A program made the translations under genes and the position numbers. Positions 63,446 to 64,000 of a DNA stretch of 64,000 nt are shown piece after piece (position 1 is the stretch's first letter; each line of letters begins with the position of its first letter). The notes below the pieces were generated by a model. It was not told the origin of the DNA. It did no database searches and worked only from the letters and a program-made list of their open reading frames with translations. Origin of the DNA: Octopus vulgaris (taxonomy: Eukaryota); the NCBI GenBank assembly GCA_951406725.2, contig OX597822.1:79608001-79672000 (forward strand), given 5' to 3'.

Positions 63446-64000
63446 GACGAAGCTCTACAGCATTAAATGGGAAATTATCAGTTGTTAAATCCTATAATAT
63501 TGGTAAAATATGATGAAATTTACATGTAGACGAAATCTATCAAATCTTGACTTCGAAATTTGAACTTCTTAATAACCATCAAGATTCTGTTTTATCTTGT
63601 AAACATTCCTCTAAATAAAATAAAATAAATTATAATTAAATATTATTCGATAAAATTTGATAAATAAATATATTATATTATTTTGGATGTTATGACAACA
63701 TATGTCTTTTAATCAGTAAACAAGATAGAGGTCTAATAACAGCACTATCTTTGATGACGTAAAAAAACGAATTCCTTATATTAAATACCCAACCAAATCA
63801 TGTGATACACATTATACTAAACCCTGGATTAATATAAATTAAACAGAAAAATATTTACTTCTTTATTGCCCACAGTGGGCTAAACATAGAGGAGAAAAAC
63901 AAGGGGATTAAGTCGATTACATCGACCCCAGTATAATGGCTATATTTTTAAAATTTATTTTAATTTTTATTTTTATTCGTATTTTCTTTTCTTTTCTTAT

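Noticed and set aside
63461-63502. Possible next chitin-synthase-like exon
   Set aside because: The required phase 0 frame hits TAA at the second codon.

Overview
AT-rich, microsatellite-dense animal genomic DNA. The SINE and repeat landscape suggests an octopus/cephalopod, but that is an inference. Most of the window is decayed transposable elements: R4/Dong-like RLE retrotransposons sitting in (TAA)n tracts, a second RLE family tied to (TACA)n, many Penelope-like elements (PLEs) with hammerhead ribozymes and inverted pLTRs, CR1/L2, RTE and Tx1 LINE pieces, hAT and piggyBac remnants, MITEs, Helitron-like elements and tRNA-derived SINEs. Most short ORFs in the track are microsatellite artefacts. 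Two things stand out. (1) Two diverged copies (22294-22355 and 36607-36667) of a hammerhead ribozyme whose three core strands are in a non-circularly permuted, pseudoknotted order, supported by covariation between the copies. (2) A spliced host gene missed by the ORF track: a duplicated 'MNFE' start exon (49245, 49584) plus three phase-compatible exons (51804-51913, 59438-59564, 61615-61761) that encode a chitin-synthase-like N-terminal membrane region. All alignments and RNA folds were done by eye, and repeat boundaries are approximate unless TIRs or TSDs are quoted.
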